64,000 nt of DNA from Thermoanaerobaculia bacterium (GTDB lineage Bacteria; Acidobacteriota; Thermoanaerobaculia; UBA5066). The stretch is taken from positions 704,001 to 768,000 of the forward strand of contig CAVRAY010000002.1 of NCBI GenBank assembly GCA_963719225.1, written 5' to 3'. Below are positions 8,335-17,199 of this stretch, piece by piece (the first letter of the stretch is position 1; every line of letters starts with the position of its first letter). The position numbers and the translations under genes are program-made. Below the pieces are notes generated by a model. The model did no database searches and was not told the origin of the DNA. It was given only the letters and a program-made list of their open reading frames with translations.

Positions 8335-8624
8335 GGCGCGAGACCGGCTCCTTCTGCCCCGCAGTCTGGTCCCGCGAACGGCGGCCGCAAACGGTGCGGT
8401 TGAATCAGGCGGGCCCGCCCGCTGCTCCCCCTTCAGCGGGGGTCAGGCGCGGGCGGCGCAGCGGGGGCAGAGGCCGCGGAACTTGACGTCGACGCTCTTC
8501 CAGGGAATCGCCGACGTCCACGAGGCGCGGGGCCAGTCCGCGGTCGTCCGTTGCGGTGCGGCTCACCGGGCGGCGTCCGCGCGGTCCTGTTCCGGTACCC
8601 TCGCGCGATGGAGAGAAGTCCGGG

Positions 8625-9176
8625 ATGACGGCTTCGCCGGGCCGCCCTTCCCTCGGCGCGCTCGCGGGGAGGTTTCTCCTGGTCGGTGCGACGAGCTTCG
8701 GCGGCGGCCTCACGGGCCACCTTCGCCGGGCGCTCGTCGAGGGCCGCCTCTGGCTGACGGAGGACGAGTTCCTCGAGGGCCTCTCGGTCGCCCAGGCGGT
8801 GCCGGGGCCGAACGCGATCAACCTCTCGATTCATGCGGGCTGGAGGCTGCGGGGCGGGGTGGGAGCTCTCGTCGCCGCCGCCTCCGTGATGCTCGTCCCG
8901 CTCGTTTTCGTCTCGGCGCTCGCGGCCGGCTGGGCGGGTGGAACCGCCTTGCCCCGGGCGGCAGGCGTCCTGCGCGCGCTCGGCGCGTTCGGCGTCGGCC
9001 TCATGGCGTCGAGCGGCCTCACGATGCTGCGAGCGGCGTGCTTCGACGCCGCCGATCTTGCCCTCGCGGCGGCGGCGTTCGCCGCCGTCGCCATCTTCGG
9101 GCTGCCGGTGCCGGCGGTACTCTTCGGCTTTGCGGCGCTCTCGGCGCTGCGCAGGCGCACGGCGGGGGCGCGATGA
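8625..9176 (+). CDS. Short-chain chromate ion transporter (CHR family), subunit 1
   Basis: GATSFGGG, WLTEDEFLEGLSVAQAVPGPN motifs; hydrophobic. Confidence 0.85.
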   Translation: MTASPGRPSLGALAGRFLLVGATSFGGGLTGHLRRALVEGRLWLTEDEFLEGLSVAQAVPGPNAINLSIHAGWRLRGGVGALVAAASVMLVPLVFVSALAAGWAGGTALPRAAGVLRALGAFGVGLMASSGLTMLRAACFDAADLALAAAAFAAVAIFGLPVPAVLFGFAALSALRRRTAGAR

Positions 9177-9694
9177 GCGCGACGATTGCCGAGATCCTGC
9201 GCGTCTTCGCGCTCCTGTCGCTCTCGGCGTTCGGCGGCGGGAACGTCGTGATCCCCGAGATCCAGCGGCAAGCCGTCACCGCGCACGCCTGGCTGACCGC
9301 ACGGGAGTTCACGGAAGCGTTCGCGCTGTCCCGCGCGGCTCCGGGGCCATCGACGCTGTTCGTCCTCCTCGTCGGCTGGCGCGCGGCCGGGGCTCCCGGC
9401 GCGGCCGCGGCCGTCCTCGCGATGTTCCTGCCGGGCGCGGCGCTCATGCAGGGCGCGTGTGCGGCGCTCACGCGGTGGGGCCGCCTGCCGCTCGTCGGCC
9501 GCGCCGTCGCGGCGTTCCGACCCGTCACGGTCGGGCTCGTCCTCGCGAGCGCGGCGGTTATGGCGAAGACGACGGTCGTGGACACGCACACGGGCGTGGT
9601 CGCGCTGCTTGCGCTGGCCGGGGCGACCTTCACGCGTGCGCCGCTGCCCGGCTTGCTCCTCGCGGCGGCGGGCGTGGGCTGGCTGGCGGGATGA
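9173..9694 (+). CDS. Short-chain chromate ion transporter (CHR family), subunit 2
   Basis: LSAFGGG, WLTAREFTEAFALSRAAPGP motifs; ATGA overlap with subunit 1. Confidence 0.85.
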   Translation: MSATIAEILRVFALLSLSAFGGGNVVIPEIQRQAVTAHAWLTAREFTEAFALSRAAPGPSTLFVLLVGWRAAGAPGAAAAVLAMFLPGAALMQGACAALTRWGRLPLVGRAVAAFRPVTVGLVLASAAVMAKTTVVDTHTGVVALLALAGATFTRAPLPGLLLAAAGVGWLAG

Positions 9695-9717
9695 AAGCCG
9701 GGAAAGGAGAGTTCGTC

Positions 9718-10586
9718 ATGACTCTTGGTTCCGTTCGGGCGTTTTCCGTCCTCGCGCTCCTCTCCTTCGGGCTCGCCGCGGCGCCTCCCGCCGGGGAGGG
9801 GACGTTCCGGATCGCCGTGCTCGGCGACACGCACAGCACGGACGGCGTCCACGCGCGGATCGTGGCGGACGTGCTCGCCGCGGCCCCGGACCTCGTCCTG
9901 CATACGGGCGACGTCTCCCTGAAGCCGGGCGAGAACGGCGGCGCGGCCGAGTTCTTCCGGGTCGAGGCGCCGCTCCTGAAGTCCGTCCCGATCGTCGCGG
10001 CCCGCGGGAACCACGACGGCAGCGTCTCGCGCTTCGTCGACACATTCGTCCGGCCGCGCGGCGCGGGCGACGCGTCGTGGTACACGGCGCGGTTCGGGAA
10101 CGTCGCCGTCGTCGTCCTGGACACGAACGAGTCGGTGAGCGCCTCGGGCCCGCAGGGCCTCTGGCTCGAGAGGACGCTCGCGGCTCTCGCGGCGGACCCG
10201 GGCGTCGTCTTCCGGCTCGTCGTCATGCACTGGGGCCCTTCGACTCGGGCTCCGGGCACGGCTCGAACCTCGACGTCCGCACGGAGCTGGTGTCGCTCTT
10301 CGAGCGTTACGGCGTGGACGTCGTGTTCTCAGGACACGATCACATTTTCGAAAGAAGCACCGTCCAAGGCGTGCGTTACGTCGTGACCGGCGGCGGAGGA
10401 GGAGGCGGGGGAAAACACGGGCGGAAGCGGCACGTCCCGATGGGGGCCTCCTTCACGGCGGTCGCGGCGGCGGTCCCGCATTTCTGCCTTCTCGAGATTG
10501 CGGGACACACGCTGCACTTCAGCGCCCGGGAAGCGGAGACGGGCCGGCTGCTCGACGAATTCAACGTCATCAAGGAAGTCAAGTGA
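9718..10586 (+). CDS. Secreted calcineurin-like metallophosphoesterase (purple acid phosphatase-like); apparent 1-bp deletion near 10236
   Basis: AAGGAG RBS, signal peptide, GDTH, HTGD, RGNHD, VLDTN, then in the shifted frame GPFDSG, VFSGHDH.FER, YVVTGGGG; one extra base in TGGGGCCC restores 289 aa. Confidence 0.8.
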
Positions 10587-10727
10587 CATCCCGTTAGAGG
10601 GAAGTTCCCGATGACCGCGACGATCCGTCTCCTCTTCTCGATGCTCCGAGAAACCTTTCCTTCCCCCGTTCTTTTCGGTCGCGCACGACCTCGAGTGGAA
10701 GGGCGCGAAGACGAGTAGGCGCCGGCC

Positions 10728-11147
10728 TCAGCTCCCGCCCGCGCAGCCGGGGCAGGTGCCGCGGAGCGTGACGTCGACGCTCTCGACCACGTGGCCGGTC
10801 GGGAGGCGGCGCTTCGGGAGAGGCGGCAGCGCGTCGAACGGGACGTCGTGGACACAGCCGCACGTCGTGCAGAGGAAATGGTGGTGCGGCCCGAGGTTCG
10901 CGTCGTAGCGCGCGACGGCGTCGTCGAAGACGAGCTCCTCGATGAGGCCGCTCTCCTTGAGCGAGTGCAGGACGTTGTAGACGGAGGCGCGCGACGTCGT
11001 CGGCTGCGCGCGGTTCACGGCGGTGCCGATCTCCTCGGCCGTCGGATGTGTGGGCGTCGAGGAGAGGTACTCGAGCACGGCGACGCGCTGCTGCGTCACG
11101 CGCAGGCCCTTCTCCTTCAGGCGGTCCACGAGGGCGGTCCGATCCAT
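10728..11147 (-). CDS. Fur family transcriptional repressor (PerR-like)
   Basis: GLRVTQQR, HPTAEEI, SRASVYNVL, RYD...HHHFLCTTCG, CPGC. Confidence 0.9.
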   Translation of the reverse strand: MDRTALVDRLKEKGLRVTQQRVAVLEYLSSTPTHPTAEEIGTAVNRAQPTTSRASVYNVLHSLKESGLIEELVFDDAVARYDANLGPHHHFLCTTCGCVHDVPFDALPPLPKRRLPTGHVVESVDVTLRGTCPGCAGGS

Positions 11148-11154
11148 CAGGAGC

Positions 11155-11180
11155 TTAGATTAAGTCTAAAGATCATCTAA
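11155..11180. promoter_or_regulatory. Per/Fur-box-like operator (autoregulation)
   Basis: 7-1-7 near-palindrome TTAGATT-A-AGTCTAA at 11155-11169 directly upstream of the ATG, plus an overlapping weaker copy ending TCTAA at 11180. Confidence 0.6.
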
Positions 11181-11184
11181 TTCA

Positions 11185-11308
11185 AGAGAGAGAGAAAAAG
11201 AAAGAGGAAGAGTTCGGATTTCTGAGAAGGCGCGTGCGGGGCGCAGCTCGCAGGCGCCGCTGGAGCCGCGGGGCTCCGCCGCCCCTCCTTCTTTCTAAGA
11301 AGATCTTC
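11185..11308. repeat. Paired inverted AT/purine-rich repeat, copy 1 (intergenic)
   Basis: Purine tract + GGATTTCTGAGAAGG (11216-11230, +) facing GATCTTCTTAGAAAG (minus, ending near 11305). Confidence 0.5.
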
Positions 11309-11367
11309 TGACTGCGCCATCCGATGGGGGTGCCTGGAGGCGTTGAGTGGGTCCTCGCGGAGCGGCG

Positions 11368-12096
11368 CTAGTTGATCGTCGCGCCCTGCGCGCTCGTGAT
11401 GAACGGGCGGGCGAGGCGGGTCCAGCGCGGGCCCTTGAAGAAGTCCTGATTCCAGCTCCACATGACGCCGACCGCGCGGCCGAGGAGGTCCGAGATGGGG
11501 CGGGTCCCGAAGAAGCGGGCGTCGCGGCTCTCGTCGCGATTGTCGCCCATCAGGAACACCTCGTGCTCGGGCACCGTGATCGGCCCGAACGTGCGGAAAG
11601 CGGGGCGCTCCGGCAGGATGCGGATCGGATGGGTCCTGTTGCCGAGCTTCTCGGTGGCGAGCAGGACCGTCTCGCCGTCGTCCGCCTTCTGCTCGGGCAG
11701 GAGCTCGGTCGGCTGAGCCTTGCCGTTGATGTAGAGCGTCTCGTTGCGCAGCTCGACGACGTCGCCCGGCAGGCCGACGAGGCGCTTGACGAACGGCACT
11801 GTTCCGCCGTCCGGGTTGCGCACGACGACGACGTCGCCGCGCACGGGAGTCCCGGTCCGGAAGAGCCGGATGTGAGAGAACGGCACGCGGACCTGGTAGG
11901 CCGATTTCCAGACGAAAACCCGGTCGCCCTCGAGGATCGTCGGCTTCATGGACCCCGTCGGAACGACGTACCAGTCGGCCAGAACCGACCGTCCCGTCAG
12001 GATGACGGCGGCCATCAGGACCAGGTGGCGGATGTCCTTGAGGAGTGCAGCGCGCTTTTCGGGAGTAAATGCCATGTCGGACGTCGATTCTCGCAC
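11368..12096 (-). CDS. lepB: Signal peptidase I
   Basis: VPTGSMKPT (Ser), FVKRLVGLPGD (Lys), MGDNRDESRDAR; start may be ATG 12075. Confidence 0.93.
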   Translation of the reverse strand: MRESTSDMAFTPEKRAALLKDIRHLVLMAAVILTGRSVLADWYVVPTGSMKPTILEGDRVFVWKSAYQVRVPFSHIRLFRTGTPVRGDVVVVRNPDGGTVPFVKRLVGLPGDVVELRNETLYINGKAQPTELLPEQKADDGETVLLATEKLGNRTHPIRILPERPAFRTFGPITVPEHEVFLMGDNRDESRDARFFGTRPISDLLGRAVGVMWSWNQDFFKGPRWTRLARPFITSAQGATIN

Positions 12097-12148
12097 ATGG
12101 CGTGCCAGGTCCGGCGTCGCCCGGCCGGCCCGCGCTATCCTCGGCGGG

Positions 12149-12631
12149 ATGCCCCGCTACACGGATCGCCATGCCGCCTCGGGCGTGACGTCGCCGCTCC
12201 CCGCCCTCGAGACGTGGCCATCGCAGTACGAAGCGGACTACGAGGTCGTCATCACGATCCCCGAGTTCACGTCCATCTGCCCGAAGACGGGCCTCCCGGA
12301 CTTCGCGACCCTGACGGTGACGTACGTGCCCGACCGGCGCTGCGTCGAGCTGAAGTCTTTCAAGGAGTACGTGAACGCGTTTCGGTCGCTCGGGATTTTC
12401 AACGAAAACGTGGTGAACCGCGTGCTGGAGGACCTCGTCCAGGCGCTCGCCCCGCGGCAGATCGCCGTGCGGGGCGTCTTCACGCCCCGCGGCGGCATCC
12501 AGACGACCGTCGAGGCGCGCGCGCCGCGCGGCCCCGGCGGACCGGGGATCACTTCGGCGCGGTCTTCGGGCGCGAGCCGGGGACGGTCGTCCCGTCGAGA
12601 TTCAGCCGCCGGTAGACGCTCAGCGCGTTGA
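12149..12631 (+). CDS. queF: NADPH-dependent preQ0 reductase QueF (unimodular type)
   Basis: PEFTSICPKTGLPDFA, ELKSFKEY QueF motif, F.PRGGI; C-terminal tail overlaps the convergent gene. Confidence 0.9.
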   Translation: MPRYTDRHAASGVTSPLPALETWPSQYEADYEVVITIPEFTSICPKTGLPDFATLTVTYVPDRRCVELKSFKEYVNAFRSLGIFNENVVNRVLEDLVQALAPRQIAVRGVFTPRGGIQTTVEARAPRGPGGPGITSARSSGASRGRSSRRDSAAGRRSAR

Positions 12632-13490
12632 CCGCGCTGAGCTCGCGCGGGCAGTACTCGCCGAGCCGCTCGGCCGCGAGCTCGCCGGAGACGCGGGCCT
12701 CGGGCGCGTTCTGCTTCTTCTTCTCGATGAGGAACGAGAGCAGGCTCGTGAGGTAGCGGCGCGTCTTCTCGATCTCGGGCGCCGCCTGCGCGGCCGGGTT
12801 CCCGCGCGAGGCAACGAGGCCGACGGCATTGAGGGCGTCGAGGCGGTCGAGGGCGAGGAGCCAGCCCTTGATGTCGGAGTCGGGGTCCGAGAGCATCGGG
12901 CACCTCTCCGGCGTCACGAGGTCGCCGACGAACGCGGTCCGCGTCACGGCGTCGAAGACGTACAGGTCCGAGCTCGTGTGCGCGTTCGCAGGCGCCACGC
13001 CGATCTCGAGGCGCAGCTTTCCGGCGACGAGGAGCACCCGCTCGCCGACACCGATGACGTTCGGTGCGGGGCCCTTCAGGCGGCCCACGAAGTCGACGAG
13101 GAGAGACGCCGTCTTCGCGTTCACGAAGATCGTCGCGTCGGACGGCAGGAACGTCGCGAGGCCGTCGTTCGAGTCGGCGTGGAGGTGCGTCAGCGCGATC
13201 CACTTCACCGGCTTGTTCTTCGTGGTCCGCGCGATCTCGGCCTTCAGGCTCTTGGCGTCCGCGGCGCTCGAGCCCGTGTCGATCAGGAAGACTCCCGAGC
13301 CCGTGTCGAGCCACGAGCAGATCGTGCCCCCGAACGCGCCGTACCAGAGGCCGACGTCCTTGAACGGCTGGGCGACCTTCACGGGGCCCGCGGCTGGCGC
13401 GCTCGCCTCGGGCGGCGCGGGGGCCGCCAGGAGGGCGGAAGCGGAGGCGGCGAGTGCCGCGGCGACGAGACGGGAGGCGAGTCGGTTCAT
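12549..13490 (-). CDS. Secreted metallo-beta-lactamase-fold protein
   Basis: Signal peptide; LIDTG, THLHADS (degenerate HxHxDH), AHTSSD, FVGDL. Confidence 0.75.
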   Translation of the reverse strand: MNRLASRLVAAALAASASALLAAPAPPEASAPAAGPVKVAQPFKDVGLWYGAFGGTICSWLDTGSGVFLIDTGSSAADAKSLKAEIARTTKNKPVKWIALTHLHADSNDGLATFLPSDATIFVNAKTASLLVDFVGRLKGPAPNVIGVGERVLLVAGKLRLEIGVAPANAHTSSDLYVFDAVTRTAFVGDLVTPERCPMLSDPDSDIKGWLLALDRLDALNAVGLVASRGNPAAQAAPEIEKTRRYLTSLLSFLIEKKKQNAPEARVSGELAAERLGEYCPRELSAVNALSVYRRLNLDGTTVPGSRPKTAPK

Positions 13491-14983
13491 GCGATCTCCT
13501 GTTGAAGGGTGGACAGGCGGGCGGCGGCCGCGAGAGACGCGGCGAGCGAGCCGTCCCGGAAACGAGCGAGCGAGATCTCGCGCTCGCGGGCGAGCGCCCG
13601 GTCGAGCGTGGCGAGGCGGTCGGTCGCGAAGGCGGTCTTGGCGGCGGCGAGTTCGGGGATCGCGCGGGTCGTCAGAAGGGAAGTGCGCGCGAGGGCGGCC
13701 GGAAGGGCGGAGCCCTCCTCGGCGAGAGCGTCGACGAGGCCGAGCTCCAGGGCGCGCGCCGAGGTCACGGTCGCGCCCGGGAAGAACAGGGCGGCGGCGG
13801 CGGCCGGCGCGACGAGCGGAAGGAGGGCCGAGAGTCCGGCTTCCGGCGCCGCGAGTCCGGGCGAGGGGCCCAACTCGGCCTCGAACGGACCGGGCCCGGC
13901 GGCGACGCGCACGTCGCATGCGAGGGCGAGCGCGAGACCGGCGCCGCGGACGGCTCCGTCCAGCGCGGCGACGACCGGCCGCGGGATCGCCGCGACCGAG
14001 CGCACGGCGCCCCCCACGGCGTCGAGCAACGCGAGGAAACCGTTCTCGTCGCCCGCCGCGACCAGAGCGGCGAGAAGCTCCGGGTCGAGGCCCGCCGAGA
14101 ACGAGGACGCCGAACCGGTCAGGACGAGAGCCGGCGCCGTCGGGTCGCCTCCGAGCGCGACGAGCGTCCCTTCGAGGACCTCGGCCATGTCGCCCGCGAA
14201 CGCGTTCCGGGCGGCGGGGCGCGCGAGCTTCACGACCGCGATCGCGCCCTCGAGCGAGACCTCGATTCGCGGCGGTGTCGCGCGGCCGTGCGCCTTCGCG
14301 TACGCGCGGCTCGCCTCGAGGAACGCGCGCAAGAGCGCCTTCTGGCGGGGATCGGCGACGAGGTCCTCGGGATGCCACTGGACAGCCGCGAGCCACGAGC
14401 GCCCGGGCCGCTCGAACGCTTCGACGACGTCGTCGGGGGACGCCGCGACGGGCGTGAGCGAGGACGCGAGGTCCTTGACGGCCTGGTGGTGCCGGGAATT
14501 CACATCGAGGGCCTGCGCGACGGCCGCCGCGAACGGCGACGGCGCACGCCCGGCGCTCGGCCGCACCGGGTGCGCGCGGAAGTCGCGGGCCCCGTCCGGC
14601 GCGTCGGCGTCGTGCGCGACGCCGCGGTCGCGCTGCGAGGGGAGGTCCTGCCACAGCGTTCCGCCGAGGGCGACGTTCACGACCTGGAGGCCCCGGCAGA
14701 TCCCGAAGACGGGCGCCCCCCGTTCCTCGGCATCCGCGAACGCCGCGAAGTCGAGCGTGTCGCGCTCGGCCCGAACCTCGAGCGTCGGCGTGGAGGGGGC
14801 CTCGCCGTAGCGCGCGGGGTCCACGTCCGGCCCGCCCGCGAGGAGGAGGCCGTCGAAGTGCGCCGGCAGCGGTTCGCCGGGGACCACGAGGACGACCTCC
14901 TCGGGAAGGGCTCCCGCCGCGAGGAGGGCACCCCGGTACGCCTCGTTGGGCTGCTGGGCGTCGGTCGCGACGACGATCTTCAT
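13487..14983 (-). CDS. Peptidase C26/PuuD-like glutamine amidotransferase fused to enoyl-CoA hydratase/isomerase-like domain
   Basis: GGPDVDP..Y, GICRGLQ, VNSRHHQAV, VQWHPE followed in frame by LARPAARNA, FSAGLD, PVVAALDG..GAGLALALACD, ALELGLVD. Confidence 0.82.
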   Translation of the reverse strand: MKIVVATDAQQPNEAYRGALLAAGALPEEVVLVVPGEPLPAHFDGLLLAGGPDVDPARYGEAPSTPTLEVRAERDTLDFAAFADAEERGAPVFGICRGLQVVNVALGGTLWQDLPSQRDRGVAHDADAPDGARDFRAHPVRPSAGRAPSPFAAAVAQALDVNSRHHQAVKDLASSLTPVAASPDDVVEAFERPGRSWLAAVQWHPEDLVADPRQKALLRAFLEASRAYAKAHGRATPPRIEVSLEGAIAVVKLARPAARNAFAGDMAEVLEGTLVALGGDPTAPALVLTGSASSFSAGLDPELLAALVAAGDENGFLALLDAVGGAVRSVAAIPRPVVAALDGAVRGAGLALALACDVRVAAGPGPFEAELGPSPGLAAPEAGLSALLPLVAPAAAAALFFPGATVTSARALELGLVDALAEEGSALPAALARTSLLTTRAIPELAAAKTAFATDRLATLDRALAREREISLARFRDGSLAASLAAAARLSTLQQEIA

Positions 14984-15061
14984 TTGCGGGTCGGGCAGAC
15001 TCGCCCGGCGGCGCGCCACGGGAATGGCGCGGCGGGGGATTATAAGGAGGACGTGGGAGCG

Positions 15062-16222
15062 GTGCGGCGCGTCGCCGTGACGGGGATGGGCGCCATGAGC
15101 GCATTCGGAGCGGGCGTCGCGTCCCTGCGGGAGGGCGCGTGGAGCGGACGCAGTGCGATCGCTTCCGTATCGCTCTTCGACGCGAGCCGTTTCGTCGCCC
15201 GCACGGCCGCCGAGGTGCCGTTCGTGCCGGACGACCCCGGCGGTGAGACGGAAGATCGCGCGGCGCGGCTCGCGCTCGCCGCGGCCGGCGAGACGCTCGC
15301 GGGTGCGGGCTTCGGAGGCGTGGACTCGGGCGTGGCCGTCGGGACGACGCTCGCGGGCCGCGAGGCCTGGGGCCGCGGCCTCGCGTCCGGCGCGCCTCCC
15401 TTCGCGGACTCGTCGCCGGGCGCGCTCGCGGCTCTCCTCGCGCGCCGGCACGCCGCGCGCGGACCCGTCGCGACGGTCTCGACGGCGTGCGCGTCCGGTG
15501 CGGCCGCGATCGGTCTCGCGACCGGCTGGATCCGCGATGGGCGCGCGACGCGCGTTCTCGCGGGAGGTGCCGACGCGCTCTCGGCGTTCGTGTTCTCCGG
15601 CTTCGACGCACTGCGCGCGCTGAGCCCGACGGTCGCCCGGCCCTTCGACGCCGCGCGCGACGGCCTGACGCTCGGCGAAGGGGCGGGGTTTCTCCTCCTC
15701 GAGGACGAGGAGTCGGCCAATCTCCGCGGTGCCCGCGTTCTCGCGCGCGTCGCGGGCTACGGGTCGGCGGCGGACGCGTTCCACATGACGCGCCCCGATC
15801 CGCGCGGCGCCGGCCTCGCCCGGGCGGCGGAGTCCGCTCTCCGGGATGCCGGACGCTCCGCCGCCGACGTGGGCTTCGTGAGCGCCCACGGGACCGGGAC
15901 CGTCTTCAACGACGCGATGGAGGAGGCCGCCCTGGCGCATGTCCTCGGGCCGAGAGCAGGATCGGTGCCGGTGCACGGCCTGAAGGGCGCCGTCGGCCAT
16001 ACGCTCGGGGCCGCGGGCGCGCTCGAGGCCGTCCTGTGCGTCCTCGTCCTCGGCGGCGCGGACGTCCCGCCGACGGCGGGCCACCGCGCCGCGCGAGCGG
16101 GTTCGCCCGTTTTCGTCGTCTCGGGCGCGCCGTACGCGCCGCGGCGGACTATCGACGTCGTCCTCTCGACCTCGGCCGCGTTTTCGGGAACGGGCGCCGC
16201 CCTCGTCCTGGAGCGCGTGTGA
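15062..16222 (+). CDS. Beta-ketoacyl-ACP synthase (FabF-like)
   Basis: RRVAVTGMG, STACASG (Cys), RPFD..RDGLTLGEGAG, AHGTGT, KGAVGHTLGAAG; AAGGAGG upstream. Confidence 0.88.
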   Translation: MRRVAVTGMGAMSAFGAGVASLREGAWSGRSAIASVSLFDASRFVARTAAEVPFVPDDPGGETEDRAARLALAAAGETLAGAGFGGVDSGVAVGTTLAGREAWGRGLASGAPPFADSSPGALAALLARRHAARGPVATVSTACASGAAAIGLATGWIRDGRATRVLAGGADALSAFVFSGFDALRALSPTVARPFDAARDGLTLGEGAGFLLLEDEESANLRGARVLARVAGYGSAADAFHMTRPDPRGAGLARAAESALRDAGRSAADVGFVSAHGTGTVFNDAMEEAALAHVLGPRAGSVPVHGLKGAVGHTLGAAGALEAVLCVLVLGGADVPPTAGHRAARAGSPVFVVSGAPYAPRRTIDVVLSTSAAFSGTGAALVLERV

Positions 16223-17187
16223 GGCGGGTCCTCCTCACGGCGTCCGCCCGCGTCGAGAACGCCGGTGGCCTCGTCCGCGACGCGCTCGTGGACGCGAACA
16301 GGCTCCGGCGGATGGACCGCTTCGGCCGCTGCGGTGTCGTCGCGGGCAGCCGCGCGCTCGCGGCCGCGGGCCACTCCGCCGTCGCCGCCGGATGCCCGTC
16401 CGCGCCCCGCTTCGGCGTCGTCGTCGGGACGGCGTACGGCTGCCGCGACGCGATCACGCAGCACGAGCGGCTGCTCGCGTCGGCCGCGCGCGTCGAGGAC
16501 CTCGCGCCCTCCGTCTTCGCGGCCACGGTCCACAACACCGTCGGCGGCGAGCTCGCGATCCTCTACGGCCTGGGCGGCGTCGCCGAGACGCTCGTGTCCG
16601 GGCGGACGGCCGGGCTCGAGGCGCTCGCCCTCGCGGCGTCGCGTGTCGCGAGGGGAGACGCGGACCGCGTTCTCGTCGTCGCGGCCGAGGGGCTCGACGA
16701 GACGATGCGCACGGCGTTCGGGCACGAGAACCCGGGCGTCACGCTCGTCGAGTCGGCGGCGGCGGTGCTCGTGGAGAGGATCGAAGGGGAAGAGGAAGAG
16801 ATTTCTTCAAGGAAGAGAAAGACCGGATGCGCTCTTTTCATCGAGGCAGCTCTCACATTCGATCCGGCGGCCGGACGGGAGACGCCCGAGGAGAGACGGG
16901 AAGATTTCTCAGAAGGTGTTGGTGCGGGAGAAGCGCGGGGGGAGCGCGATGCGGTGATCGGGCGCCTCGGCGCACCGGGGATCGAACGCCTCGGCGCGTC
17001 GGGGCTCTGGGAAATCGCCGAGGATCTTTCCGAACGGACCGCGTCCGACGTCGCAGCCGCCACCGCACGGAGCGCTCCGAGGGCGGGTGCGCCGCAGCCC
17101 CATTCACCTTCCAAGAAAATCCACCGGTACGAGACGCGAGATCCTCACGGTTCCTGCTGCTGCGTCACCGTCGCGTTCTTCTCCTAA
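16219..17187 (+). CDS. Ketosynthase N-terminal-like / chain-length-factor-like protein
   Basis: RLRRMDRF, GVVVGTAYG, PSVFAATVHNTVGGELAI; no catalytic Cys motif; GTGA overlap with KS; C-terminal third is compositionally odd. Confidence 0.7.
   Translation: MRRVLLTASARVENAGGLVRDALVDANRLRRMDRFGRCGVVAGSRALAAAGHSAVAAGCPSAPRFGVVVGTAYGCRDAITQHERLLASAARVEDLAPSVFAATVHNTVGGELAILYGLGGVAETLVSGRTAGLEALALAASRVARGDADRVLVVAAEGLDETMRTAFGHENPGVTLVESAAAVLVERIEGEEEEISSRKRKTGCALFIEAALTFDPAAGRETPEERREDFSEGVGAGEARGERDAVIGRLGAPGIERLGASGLWEIAEDLSERTASDVAAATARSAPRAGAPQPHSPSKKIHRYETRDPHGSCCCVTVAFFS
16902..17122. repeat. Paired inverted AT-rich repeat, copy 2 (inside KS-like ORF)
   Basis: AGATTTCTCAGAAGG (+, 16902) facing GGATTTTCTTGGAAGGTGAATGGGGCT (minus, 17096-17122). 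Confidence 0.5.
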
Positions 17188-17199
17188 GCAGAAATTTGC

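Noticed and set aside
8625-9694. Calling this a chromate-resistance locus
   Set aside because: Family membership alone does not show substrate; no chrB/chrC neighbours.
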